Source: Raillietiella orientalis (Eukaryota). From it: 64,000 nt of DNA. This document shows, piece after piece, positions 1 to 10,520 of this stretch. Where the stretch lies: NCBI GenBank assembly GCA_036172245.1, contig JAYWIR010000018.1:806001-870000 (forward strand), written 5' to 3'. The position numbers and the translations under genes were made by a program. The notes under the pieces were generated by a model that searched no databases, was not told the origin of the DNA, and saw only the letters and a list, made by a program, of their open reading frames with translations. The number at the start of each line of letters is the position of its first letter. Position 1 is the stretch's first letter.

Positions 1-1335
1 CACCCTGGCTTCTACAGTCGAGAATTTCTTCAATGTGCTGAGTCGTGGTACAGGACTCAGGGTGCACAGGGCGAAGTCGTCCGTGATGCCAGTCGGTGCG
101 GTGGGACAAAGGGAGGTCCCGAGTCCGCTTGAAGGACTTGTGCGCTCCGCATGCGGCCTAGGTCTCCTGACGCTGTAATGGCTGGAGCTGCAGCTCCAGT
201 TTCGAAAACTTGTTCTCGTGGCAAACTCTGGAGCACCACCTGGTGCCAACCTACACGCCTCCTCGTCCAGCAAACCACCGGCAGCGTGGGGCTCGCGTCT
301 TTCCTTACACTCCGTCGCCGCCATATCTGCCACTGCAGATAGAAGCTTCGGAGGGTAGCCGCGCTGGCGAGGAAAAACACGGGATGGATCTCCTGCCGCT
401 TCGCGAACGGTACTGCCTGGTTACAGGAAACTGTTCGCACGTGGGCCAGAATCCAGGAGCCAAGCGCGAAACAGGTGCGACATTTCCTGTATGCGCATAA
501 CAGCTGCACGCTCCGGGAACTCCTGGAAGATCCTGTGAAGAGTACGTGGCAAACAGAACCTCCCTCGCCGCCGCGCTGCCCTCCCTTGGAGAGCACATGG
601 GCAACAACCTTGCGGCAAAATGGGAGGTTACTGTGGAAATCTCCGGAAGGAGGAAAGGACTGGGCTATTGGACGACAGGCCAGCTCACCGACGCTGCGAC
701 TCCGATTGCTCGACCTCGTGGACTTTTGCGTGCTACTGGGTCGCAAGACCTGCATTGGCCCCTGGTGCTCATGAACTCCTGCACCCTCCCATTAAAGTGA
801 CAGAAGTCGGCATTAATGCTGCTGCACTGGGGGATCCCGTGCAATGCCCATACACATCATTGGACAAGGGGAGGTATGGATCCAAACTGCAAGGTGCGGG
901 GAGCGGGAATCCTTCCCTCACCTTCTAGTGGACTGTGCTGCCCTCTGACTCCTTTGGGGACGCTTTGCCGCGACTCTTGGAACACCCAGTGGAAACGCCA
1001 GAGGAGACCAGGACGACAGAGACGCCATCAGTTTTGCTGTCCTCTTCATGAGGGCAGCGTCAAGAAGGTCCTATCTGGGAGTCTTGAAACAGGAAGTTGC
1101 CGGTATCCTTACAAGGATGCAGCTGGATAGTGTCCTCTCCAGTACACATTCCAGATTCCCTCCCGGACCCTTCCTTCTTTTTGACTGCATGTTCTTTGTT
1201 TTATGCTTTTTTCTTTTTGTTTGTCACCCCTTCTGTGGTGCCGAGGCGAACGCCGCTGGCCTGCGTGACAGTTCCTGGCAGATTCCTTCTCGTGGTTAGT
1301 TCCCCGAAACCGGCAAGCAGTGGGGTAAATTTATT
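1..1335 (+). mobile_element. 3' part of an L1/Tx1-type LINE ('family B', copy B1): ORF2 C-terminus and 3' UTR; 5' end lies outside the window
   Basis: Frameshifted translation gives WTTGQLTDAATP...LLHWGIPCNAHTHHWTRGG.DPNCK...(ES)FPHLLVDC, a degenerate C-terminal CCHC finger. Nucleotide blocks are shared with 25300-26040 and 52700-53240, e.g. atctgggagtcttgaaacaggaa at about 1073 and 53053, and gccgaggcgaa in all three UTRs. Confidence 0.85.
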
Positions 1336-1750
1336 CATGACAAAGTTTTACAGTTTCACCGACATTGGCAACGTAGTTCCCTCAGGTGAACGTATTTCAT
1401 CAATGGATTCCCACAGTTCGCTTCGTAGCGTCTGCAATGCCACCATCAGGGTGGTTTTCTCGGAATGGGTCACTGTGGGATAGAGGGCGGTAGATTCGTG
1501 CTTGTCACTTCCGCGATCTTTTGCAGGATGTAGCGGTAAGTCCAGGCGGGTTTCTTACCTCAATTCCTAATCCCAATTTCCCGCTTGATCAGGCCTTGGA
1601 AGATGTTCACGGCAAGAACCATGTTTCCCGTATTCCTCATTTTCATCCTTCTTATCACGACACTCGTGATGAATAGGGAGATCGGTGCACTGTACCATGG
1701 GATTGTATTGCTGGACATTAATGTTTCCGTCGAACATTCCCGCTAGAATG
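1330..1750 (-). mobile_element. Short coding-like fragment ending in AATAAA; probably the 3' end of a third LINE family, or a 3' transduction
   Basis: The minus strand reads APISLFITSVVIRRMKMRNTGNMVLAVNIFQGLIKREIGIRN*GKKPAWTYRYILQKIAEV..., then KTTLMVALQTLRSELWESIDEIRSPEGTTLPMSVKL*, followed by AATAAA at 1335-1330. No diagnostic domain. Confidence 0.4.
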
Positions 1751-2439
1751 TTTATTGTGTTTTTTTTTTTTTGGTTCGCTAAGTACCTCAGAGCCGGTAG
1801 CGTGCCTCGCGGCGCACGTGGCTCTTTTAAGCACACTGTTTTGTTTCTAAGCTTCTCCCCTGCGACAACCCCACAGGGGGGGCGTGTGATTCTTCACGAT
1901 AGGGGGCATTCCGGGATGGAGGTCCGCCCTATGAATCCAGGAAGGACTCGGAGTCCGTTCCTCTCCCGCTTGGGGAGAGAAACGCACCTCCCATCCTGAT
2001 TGTCTCCGAAGGGGAACCCCGAAGGGAATCTCCTTCCTCATTCTCTCCGGAGGGACACCCTTCTCTAACGGGGAGGGGCTGTCCTCTCCATTTCATCTTT
2101 TCCGAAGGGAACCCGGAAAGGATCCGCTCCTGTTCACTCCTCTGAAGAGAACCCCGAAGGGACGCTTCCGAAACTCAGAAGAGGCGCTGCAGCTTCCCGC
2201 AAGGAATCGCTCTCGCTTGGTTCCTTGTGCACTCTGTGAAGAGGCGACGACTCGGAGGACCCCCGCAACAGGGGGGATCTTCTCCTTTGAACAGCTGGAG
2301 AAGTGTCCGTGAGAGCTCCTGCTCCATCTTGAAACAGGAGGGGTCCCCCGGTGAGGGGGATACTCTCTCCGTTGCACGACAGGAGGGGAACTCCCCACTC
2401 TATTCCTGGAAGGACCCGAAGGTCTCCCATTGTTTCGGT

Positions 2440-4467
2440 CTTTATCGGGGGCCTCCGGCTTAATCCACCACCGGTGCCACGCCCGAATGATTAGGTCAAC
2501 CAGTGCCATTGCAGAAGAAACTCGGAACCCAACGACGCAGTGGAGTTTCTGCCGGAGTATTCGAACCCGCGACGCAGGGTGCCACGCACGGAAGCCTTAA
2601 CCACAAAACCTCCAACGCGGGCAGAATGTTTGCCATTGTAGTTCTCAGTAGACCTATCACTACCTTCAGCATGCTCCAGTCCTGGTGCAGCGTCGGGCAA
2701 GTGAGGACGTGGAGCTGTGTTTCCTTGCTTCCACACCTTGCAAGCTCGTCTTGGATGTTAAGACCAAGCTCGTCTCGTCTTACCCGTCCAGTGCGCTATC
2801 CTGTCTTCACTCAGAATGCCTCCATGGTAAAATCAGGAGGAGATTGTCCTGAGTGTCTGGCGGTATGTTGCTCTCAAAGACTAGTTCTAATCGCCTGCAG
2901 GTACAAAGTACGTGTCCCATGGCGATTGGTAGCAATGGCGAGGACGTGTTTTTCCTGATGCTGCTGCTTCATTACGTCGCAGATGTTAGCTTTGGTGACC
3001 AGGATCCAAGTGTTGGCCTGGTGTTTCCAAAGTTTGCGCGTCTTACTGGTAAATCTTCCAGTCGTGGTTTGAAGGTAGTGAAACAGTCGTATCCTGTGGA
3101 CGTTGCCACTGGTCGCGAACTGCTCGCATTTTTGTATGATCATTGTTGGTCTCTGGAACATCCACCTCCAAGTGTCCCTGGATACAGATACAAAGTAAGG
3201 CAGGACCATGACCAATTCTTCCCTCCACAGCTCTTTGCTCCACGGCACAATTTTGAAGCGTTGTTTGGCCACTAGTGCCTGCATACGTTTCCACATGGGG
3301 TCAATGGTGCCCCAATCTCCATGTTTGCCTATGACCCTCGACATCAGGCCCCTCGAGTGGTTGATCAGTCTCGAGTACGCCCTGTGGGCTGCATAAGGTC
3401 ACTCTTCCTAATCGGCACTTAGAACCAGGAGTGTTTGGGCATCCAGGAGATCGACTGTCTGGGGCAACGACTTCATCCCGGTTCCCCTTTCTTCTCGCGG
3501 TCGGCACAGCAACCTGAGCCTGATACGCGGCTCATATTCCTTCCAGATCTGCAGTTTTTCCACTTCCGTCTTCATCTTCTGATCGATGCGGCAGAAGTGA
3601 CCCCGAAGAGCACCTTGGGAAGGAGCACACCATTCCACAAGTTGTCCCTCTGCTTCATGCTGGACTCGACTCGGACGTACTTCGTTCCTTCCTCTCGGAC
3701 TTTCGCTAAGATCTCTTTCCATTGAATCTGCCGCGAAGACACATCCCCAATATGGATTCCTAAATATTTCACGTCGTCCACCACACGGATTTCCCTCTTC
3801 GTTAAGGAGGAGAGGTCCAGGATCCTGATGGGCAGAAGGAGTGACTTGCGGATGTTGATCTTTAAGCCCATTGCCTTCTCCATACTTTCCACTACACCAA
3901 GGAACGCATGCTGATCCTTCTTATCCTTCAAGAAGAAGAGCAAGTCGTCCGTGTATGCGAAGTGCATGAGCCTGTGGTCGTCCACAATCAGTCCTTGAAG
4001 GAGGTTCCTTCGATCGATCAAGGACGACACCGCTTCCATGTACAAGACGAACAGCATCGGACTCAGGGAGTCTTCTTGTCGCATTCTCCTTGCCATCCGG
4101 ATGCCGTCCATGTCGCGTCCATTGATGGTGATCTTACATTGCTTTTCCTTAATGTCATTCCGATGTAGTCGCTGAAGTGTCCTGGGTAGCCCAGTTTACG
4201 CAGGATCTCCAGCAACGTCATGGTCTACGCTGTCGAAGGCGTTCTCCATATCCGTGAAACCCAGCACCAGGTCGTTGCCGACGTAGCGGCTGTAACCGAT
4301 GGTGGTCTGGGCGCACTTCACGCTGTTGGACGTGCGGCAGTCGGTCACTGCGCACTTCTGAACTGGAGAGACGGTCGTCTGTAACGCTAAGCTCAAGCGG
4401 TTGGCCCAGATCTTAGCCAACCACTTAAAGTCGGTGTTCAGGATGAAGATAGGCCGCCATTGGTAGA
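2440..4467 (-). pseudogene. Element A ORF2, 3' half: reverse transcriptase and C-terminal CCHC finger (frameshifted)
   Basis: QWRPIFILNTDFKWLAKIWANRL, DMENAFDSVDH, RQEDSLSPMLF, FAYTDDL (YxDD variant), MGLKINIRKS, VKYLGIHI, LCRPREERGTG, CGSKETQLHVLxCP. Confidence 0.92.
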
Positions 4468-4843
4468 CGTGCGTTTTGAAGCTTTCCTGGACAAAGGTCA
4501 GGAAAGCTTCAAAACGCACTAAGGCAATATGGGAATTTGAAAACGTGAAACCAAAAGTAAGAATACATGGAGTAGTTCTGGATAGTACGGTGAGGAGGAA
4601 ATTTGTGGCTAACATCCGATCCATCCAACGCGAAAAGATGTGGCTTTCCTTGATAGAAAATCACTCAGAAGACCAAGGGAAAGCCATGCGCAGCGTTGGA
4701 TTACATAAGGATTCCAGCTAATTCCTTACTTCGGGGGACCACATTCGGTTCGCCGATTATCGCTTCATCCACGCCGATATGGGGAAGGCTAAGCGTCCTG
4801 CCTATAAGAGGAGCAGCAGGAAGATCACCAGCCGATCGCATAT

Positions 4844-4860
4844 GCCGAAAGTGTAACTGT
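4844..4860 (+). repeat. 17-bp target-site duplication (left copy; right copy 6957-6973) flanking LINE B2
   Basis: gccgaaagtgtaactgt is identical at 4844-4860 and 6957-6973. Removing the insert restores the CRKC...H....C finger. Confidence 0.95.
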
Positions 4861-6956
4861 TTCCCATCCGGGTGCGCCGGGGCGTTTATTTCTAAACTAT
4901 CCGGGAACAGAGTTCCTGGACAAAGGACACAGAAAATCGAATAGAGGGATCCCCGACACGCAGGTCGGTAAACCGAAAGTCCGGAACGGGAGGGAAGGGA
5001 CCAAAAATACACATATAAAAAATATAAATAAAGATATGGGGAGGGAAGGGGACAGGGGTCTTTGGTTTCGGCCGTTCCTTTTCTTCAGAACCGGCGGGGG
5101 ATGCCGGAGATCTCGCTCCTCACGTCTTCTGGAAGATGGGCCCACTCGTCAGCCGACGTCATGTTCTTGTCGGCTATTCCGGTGGCCTGTTCGTCGAATC
5201 GCCTGCTTCTCCAGCTCTGGGTGGGTCTTGTCGATGGCTCGGACGCAAAAGGCCGTTGCAATAACAGGCCGCCTGGAGTGAAGAAGCGGCGCATCAAGTC
5301 TCTTGCGGTGTCCCCCTGGTGCAGGAGAGCTGAGGCCATCCTCCACCACAGTCCTTGGAGGACACCGCAGTCCAAGAGCAGGTGCGGGAGCGTTTCCACT
5401 TCTCCACACCTTTTGCAGTTCGGGGAGGCAACTCCCCCGGAAACACGGTTCGTCCGCTGGTTGGAATGAAAACCCCAATGCACCAGCAGGATGACGTCCT
5501 GTTTCCACAATAGGGGGAACACAGAAGTGTTCGAGGACGAGGAAGGGACCACAAGTTCTTCGGGGGGCACACTTAAAAGTTCGCTCCACCGAAGGAGTCC
5601 CTTTATGATGCTGCGAGGCGTGGCGGCGTCTGCCAGCTCGCAAGTCCTCCAGCCGCCTATGGGTCGGGTTGCTCCTGCGATGGTGCAGGCGACCTCGCCG
5701 GTAGGCAGCTGTCATCACTTGCCCTGAGCGCTGACAGTGCGTCGGCGAGGGGCGTGACGGCCAGGCGAGTCCACTTCTCCTGGTTGTTCCACCGTACAGT
5801 ACAGAGAGAGATTGGCGCAACGAAATTCCAAGAGGGAAACATCCTGTTGCTTTGCCCAGGCATGCAACAGTTCCTGCCGCCAGGCGTTAAAGTTCGTTGG
5901 GCGGCAGGAGATCCATGCCTGGGCTACCAGGAGCCGGTAAAGCGGTTTCAAGGGGAAACCGAAGCTTCTCGTGGCGCGCTTCGTATGCGGCAGCAGCGAG
6001 AGAAGTCCTTCGCTGCCGGTGCAGCGCCGCAGGAGCAGGCGCACGGGAGCACACCACAGAGTGGACCAAAGGTTGGCGCACAGTGCCAACATGCGTAACT
6101 GCACTTGCAGTTCTATCCTCTCCAGCGTCAGGATGCCCAAGCCGGCATCCCGACGCGGAGGCGCCAAGTCTTTGAGGCGGATCCTGGACTTCGCGAGTCC
6201 CCACAGAGCGTTTCTCAACAGGCTGTGCGCCTGGAGCTTGGCCGAGTAGAAGGACGGACAAACAAAAACAGGTGGCATAAGAGGGGAACAACGAAGGTGT
6301 TCCAAACCGAGGCCCGCTCCGGCAGGAGGAAACTGCCAAGGTGGAACGGGCTTAGAGCATTCGTAGCCTTCTAAAGGCAGTCCGACCACGCTTCCACTGG
6401 ACTGATGTTCCCCAGCGGGACGCACAAGTATCGGAAAGACGTAGCGGTCAGGATCCCCTGGCGGATCCAGTCGGACTGCCCCTACCACGCAGCACCACCA
6501 GGAACGACCACGCTCTTGCTCCGGTTTACGCTCATGCCCGCTTCCCGCCGAATCAGCTCGAAGAAATCCTCGAGACTGGACGCCGGGGTGGTCATGAGTA
6601 AAAGGAAAGCAGGTCATCGGCATAGGCCGCCACGGACGGCGTACCTGGACAAGAGCTCGGCAGGCTGGCGAGCGTCAGCCTGTACGCCCTCAGCACCAAC
6701 TCAAAGAAGATGCTGAAGAGCAACGGACTTAAACTGTCTCCCTACCTGATGCCCCGCCTCACCGGCACGCCGTACACGTGGCAGCCGCTGAAACAGATCG
6801 AGATGAGCGCGTGGCACCAGCATGCGCGCAAACAGGCCACGAGGTGCACCGGGAGACCAAGGCGTTCCAGGAGCTCCAGAAGAGATTCCTGGTTCACGCA
6901 GTCGAACGCCTTGTGGAGATCGACCGCGATCGCCAAGGCACCCGGCGTTTCCTCAG
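4861..6956 (-). mobile_element. 5'-truncated L1/Tx1-type LINE (family B-related, copy B2): RT, CCHC finger and 3' UTR
   Basis: AVDLHKAFDCV, RRGIR*GDSLSPLLF, AAYADDL, DLAPPRRDAGLGI, CKRCGEVETLPHLLLDC. Ends with AATAAA plus 24 nt directly at the TSD. Confidence 0.93.
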
Positions 6957-7643
6957 GCCGAAAGTGTAACTGTCAGGATGAGATATTACCGCACATACTG
7001 AATCACTGCGTAATGCACTTCCCGATGTACACCTCTCGACACAATGCACTCGTGCTGAAACTGCAAGATGTTGCCACAAAGGAAGGAGGATGCAAGCTAT
7101 TTTCAGTGGACCAGAGGATACAAGGAGTCGACTCCCTGTTGAGGCCGGATCTCATACTGGAAAAACAGAGAAAATGGATCATAGTGGGCGTTACTTGCCC
7201 ATTTGAAGGCAAGAAAAACGCGTTCCCCGAAGCAAGAAAAATCAAGGAAGAAAAATACCAAACTCCAATCCACAGTATCAACCAGTCCGGCAAATTTGCC
7301 ATCATGCAAGTATTCATCGTGGGAGCCTTAGGGTCGAAGGATCCAAGAACGACACTGTACTACGACTACTGTGAATCAAAGAGAACAACGCAAAAAAGTT
7401 GAGAAATCTGTGCGTATCCAGTTGCATTAGGGCAAGCAGGGACATCTACTGGACCCACAGACTAGGTCATCCACCCGACGATGCGAGCGACCCTATAAGT
7501 TATATTATGAAACAGGGACAACCCCAAGACCAGTCCACTACGAACTAAACAGCAGTTCGTCAATCATATTGGAAAAGCTGGAAGAGCAGGCAGAGCCAGC
7601 AGGAAGGATTCTGCAGTTGTAACTAAAATTGATTTAATAAAAA

Positions 7644-9032
7644 AAGATAGGCCTCCATTGGGAGATCCGTGAAAGATCACCTCCCTTCGGAAGCAGTCTC
7701 ATCCTGCTTTCATAGAACGGATCCGGGAGCTTCTTCTTTTCTTTGATGCAACGCGTGAGCTCGTGGAACAAACGCAGGTAGGCGTGCAGGTACCTCCGAT
7801 AGTGCGAGATGGGCACGCTGTCGGGACTCGCCACCACGTCCGTGCGTAGTACGGCAAACGCTGCCTTCACTTCTTCTGGGGCGATTTCCTCTTCCATGCG
7901 CTGCTGCTGCTGCGGGAAGAGTCGTTTCTGCAGACTGCAGAAACATCTCTTGTTTTTCGTGCGATGAGTCTTCTCGCCGTCGGAAGTGGGAGGCGTAGTG
8001 TTGGGCCTCCATGATTTCTTCCGGCGCATGGCACATCCGATCCTCGTGCTGGATATAGGAGATATGCATCTCCAGATTCTTCTTTTTCTGCACGCCGACT
8101 TCTCCTTTCACCGGCGAAAGACGCACCACTGCTCGTACTGTTTCCAGTACCGCGAGAGGGAGTGGTCTTGGATGTTCAACTCCCGATTTGCTTCCTGTCT
8201 CCAGCTCTTCCTGCCATACTGAAGGTTCGCAAACAGGTGGATGGTGTTTCATCCGATCCCAGTCGTCGACCCTGCGAATGTTGACGTCCCGCAAAATCAA
8301 CTCGATCAGCTGCTGGTGATCGAGAAACGTTGCAAACCACTCGGGCGGCCCTAAAGCCGTTTTCCGTCTTCAAGGTGAACTGCACCAGACGGTGATCCGA
8401 GAGTAGGATTTGCGTATCCCGGAACCTCTGGATGCGGTTTCCTACTTCTTCGCTGTACAGGACGTGATCGATCGGCTTGTGTCTAGCAGTTAGTCATTGC
8501 AGTCCGAACTCGTCAGACAGCAGCTGGTACGCCCGTCCTCCTCGTGAATCGAACTGTTGGTCTTCGTATCTTTGCATGTTGAGGTCACCCACAACGACGA
8601 TAATGTCTTTAGGGACGGCTTTGGTGCGGAGTAAATCTTGCACGTCTTCCGCGCATCGGTGTTTCAGTTGGTGCGGTCCGTACACGTTTACCAGGATCAG
8701 ATGCACGTTTCCGTACCAAGACATCCGTACTCCGACGATGCGGCCGGGCCACGGGCAGAGGGATCCAGGACGGTGTGCGCAATGTCGTTTTTGACGAGAA
8801 TCGCTACACCTTTCGTCAGCCTTTCTCCCTGGCTCGAGAGCATCCTGGCGTCCAGTCGCCACTCTAGTTCGAGGCAGATGTCATGCCTCGCCTCATGAGT
8901 TTCCTGGAGGCATACGTTGCCGTCACACTCGATGGTGCGCGTGACCCTTCTTCTCTTGTCTCGGTTCATCATGCCGTTGATGTTCCAGGAGGCGATCTCA
9001 AGGCTCCTGGCAGACGATAGGAAGGAGACCAT
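7644..9032 (-). pseudogene. Element A ORF2, 5' half: APE endonuclease and linker up to the start of RT (frameshifted)
   Basis: MVSF...EIASWNING, VCLQETH, KGVAILV, LVNVYGP, VVVGDLN, IDHVL, SDHRLV, then EEEIAPEEVKAA, SPDSVP, RLLPKGGDLSRISQWRPI. Confidence 0.92.
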
Positions 9033-9038
9033 TGGTCT

Positions 9039-10434
9039 TTATGTTATTTTTCTGTTCTTTTGTTTCGGGGAACTGACTATTTTCCTTTCGGATGATAGTC
9101 TTTCCCCTGCTTCACTTTCTGATTCGCTAATTTCTGGATTTTTCTTTTCCTGAAGTTAATACGCCGCTCTTATCACTTTTCCTGCTGACCTTGTTTCTTG
9201 TTCGCAAATTTTCAATTTTGCTTCACCTAGCTTGTCCTGCATCTTAGTTTTGCGTCAACTAAAGTTTTCTGGTTCTCATCTTGTAGCTCGGCCAGGCGAA
9301 GTGCATATTTTTCACGTTTCACCTCCGTGTTTCTGGGACAGATCTTTTCTGCGAGCGTTGCCACTTCCTGCAAATACTCTCCGGCTTCCTGCTTTTCGGT
9401 TTCGGTGGTTTGGCTTTCTTGTTCCTTCCCTACCGTCGGAATAGAAAGTTTCCCTACCGTTACTTGCTGCTTCCTTCGTTGTTGAGTTTTCTTCTTCTGT
9501 TGTTTTGGCGGAGGTTCTTCTGCTGTAACCCTGGCTGGAACCTTCTCTTGCTGTTCTGCTTCCTTCCTTTTCCTTTCCTCTACCTCCGGTAGGGGTGGTA
9601 GTCCTCTGGCCACCAACCAATCCGAATATTTTTCACATTGCCTTTTTAGATGACCTTCCATCTTGCAATGGTAGCATTGCGGAGGTCTATTGCATTCTTT
9701 TGTGAAGTGACCAGTTTGTCCGCATTTAAAACCTTGGAGCAAGCACCCACTCGGTGTCCAAACTCCTTGCATCCTGCTCAGAAAATTGGTTGCAGTCTAA
9801 ACCTTGTAGTGACATCCTGCGAATCTTGGTCAATTGTCATGACACCTGGAATTTTGGAATCAGCAAACAACTTTACTTTCACTCTCGCTTCTCCTGAGAA
9901 AATTTCTTCCGCATGGTTGCGGAAAGCAACCTCTTGAACTTCCCCATATTGGGAAAAGAATTGCCATATTGTTTTCTTTGTTGTACTAAAATGTATCCCG
10001 GAGAGGTAGACCGCTGTGTTGGTCAGCTCTCCGAGACCTCGCAACTTCCTCCCGTTCAATGTGATTCCTTGCTCGATCAGGAATTCCCTTAACTCCTCGT
10101 CGGAGGTATACACCGCGAACCCCGTTGCCGAGATGATTGCCTTTATGTTACCGAAGTTGAAGTTGACGTTAAGTTTGTGAAATGCTACGTACATGTCTCG
10201 AATATTCCCGAGACGCAGCATCCCTGTTTTGAAGGTGACCTGCTTTACATCCTGGTCAACCTTCCAGACTGGTTCATCTTCCTTTCCTACTTTAAACATC
10301 GCCGGCCTTACTACTTGATTTACTACCGCCGGGGGTGCTGCTGCCACTGCCGCGTAGGACAGCGGTTGGGTCTGGCCATTCCTTAGCCCCGCCTAGGCTC
10401 CCTTCTTAGATGGGCCTGGTTCGTCCGAATCCAT
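9039..10434 (-). pseudogene. Element A ORF1: gag-like nucleic-acid-binding protein (RRM-like region and three CCHC zinc knuckles), with stops and frameshifts
   Basis: ATG at 10434 gives MDSDEPGPSKKGA*...LSYAAVAA. RRM-like VYLSGI...IWQFFSQYGEVQEV. Knuckles (*)AGCKEFGHRVGAC, (G)FKCGQTGHFTKEC, CYHCKMEGHLKRQC. K/E/Q-rich tail ends just before the ORF2 ATG at 9032. Confidence 0.9.
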
Positions 10435-10473
10435 GGGCCTGGACGCTAGCAAAGCGCTACACGTGCTGCTTCT

Positions 10474-10520
10474 CAAAAATACTTTCCCGGATCGAGAGCA
10501 CCTCGAAGCCAGGTAAGTAT
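10474..10520 (-). ncRNA. U1: U1 snRNA-like 5' fragment (about 47 nt) forming the head of element A; not a complete gene
   Basis: Minus strand from 10520: ATACTTACCTGGC ttcGAGGtgctctc GATC cgggaaagtattttt. The first 13 nt equal the conserved U1 5' end. GATC falls at positions 28-31, as in U1 loop I. Positions 17-27 can pair with 35-45. No loop II (ATTGCAC) or Sm site follows. Confidence 0.7.

Larger units (their letters stand above)
4469..7646 (+). mobile_element. 5'-truncated restriction-like-endonuclease non-LTR element, NeSL/Utopia-like, split by LINE B2 (pieces 4469-4860 and 6957-7646)
   Basis: Rejoined translation: DQGKAMRSVGLHKDSS*FLTSGDHIRFADYRFIH..RLSVLPIRGA....DRICRKCNC|QDEILPHILNHC...RHN...LRPDLI...IIVGVTCPFE...KEEKY...FIVGALGS...LCVSSCIRASRDIYWTH. 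This is a CCHC finger plus a PD-(D/E)xK-type endonuclease. Ends in AATAAA and an A-run at 7636-7645. Confidence 0.9.

Noticed and set aside
4844..4863. B2 target site (aagtgtaactgt) resembles the U2 branch-point-pairing region
   Set aside because: It needs a 3-nt gap, is explained by the CRKCNC codons, and B2 is antisense to it.
6710..7402. 230-aa ORF as a single gene
   Set aside because: It is an artefactual fusion of antisense B2 RT sequence (to 6956) with the RLE domain of the Utopia-like element.
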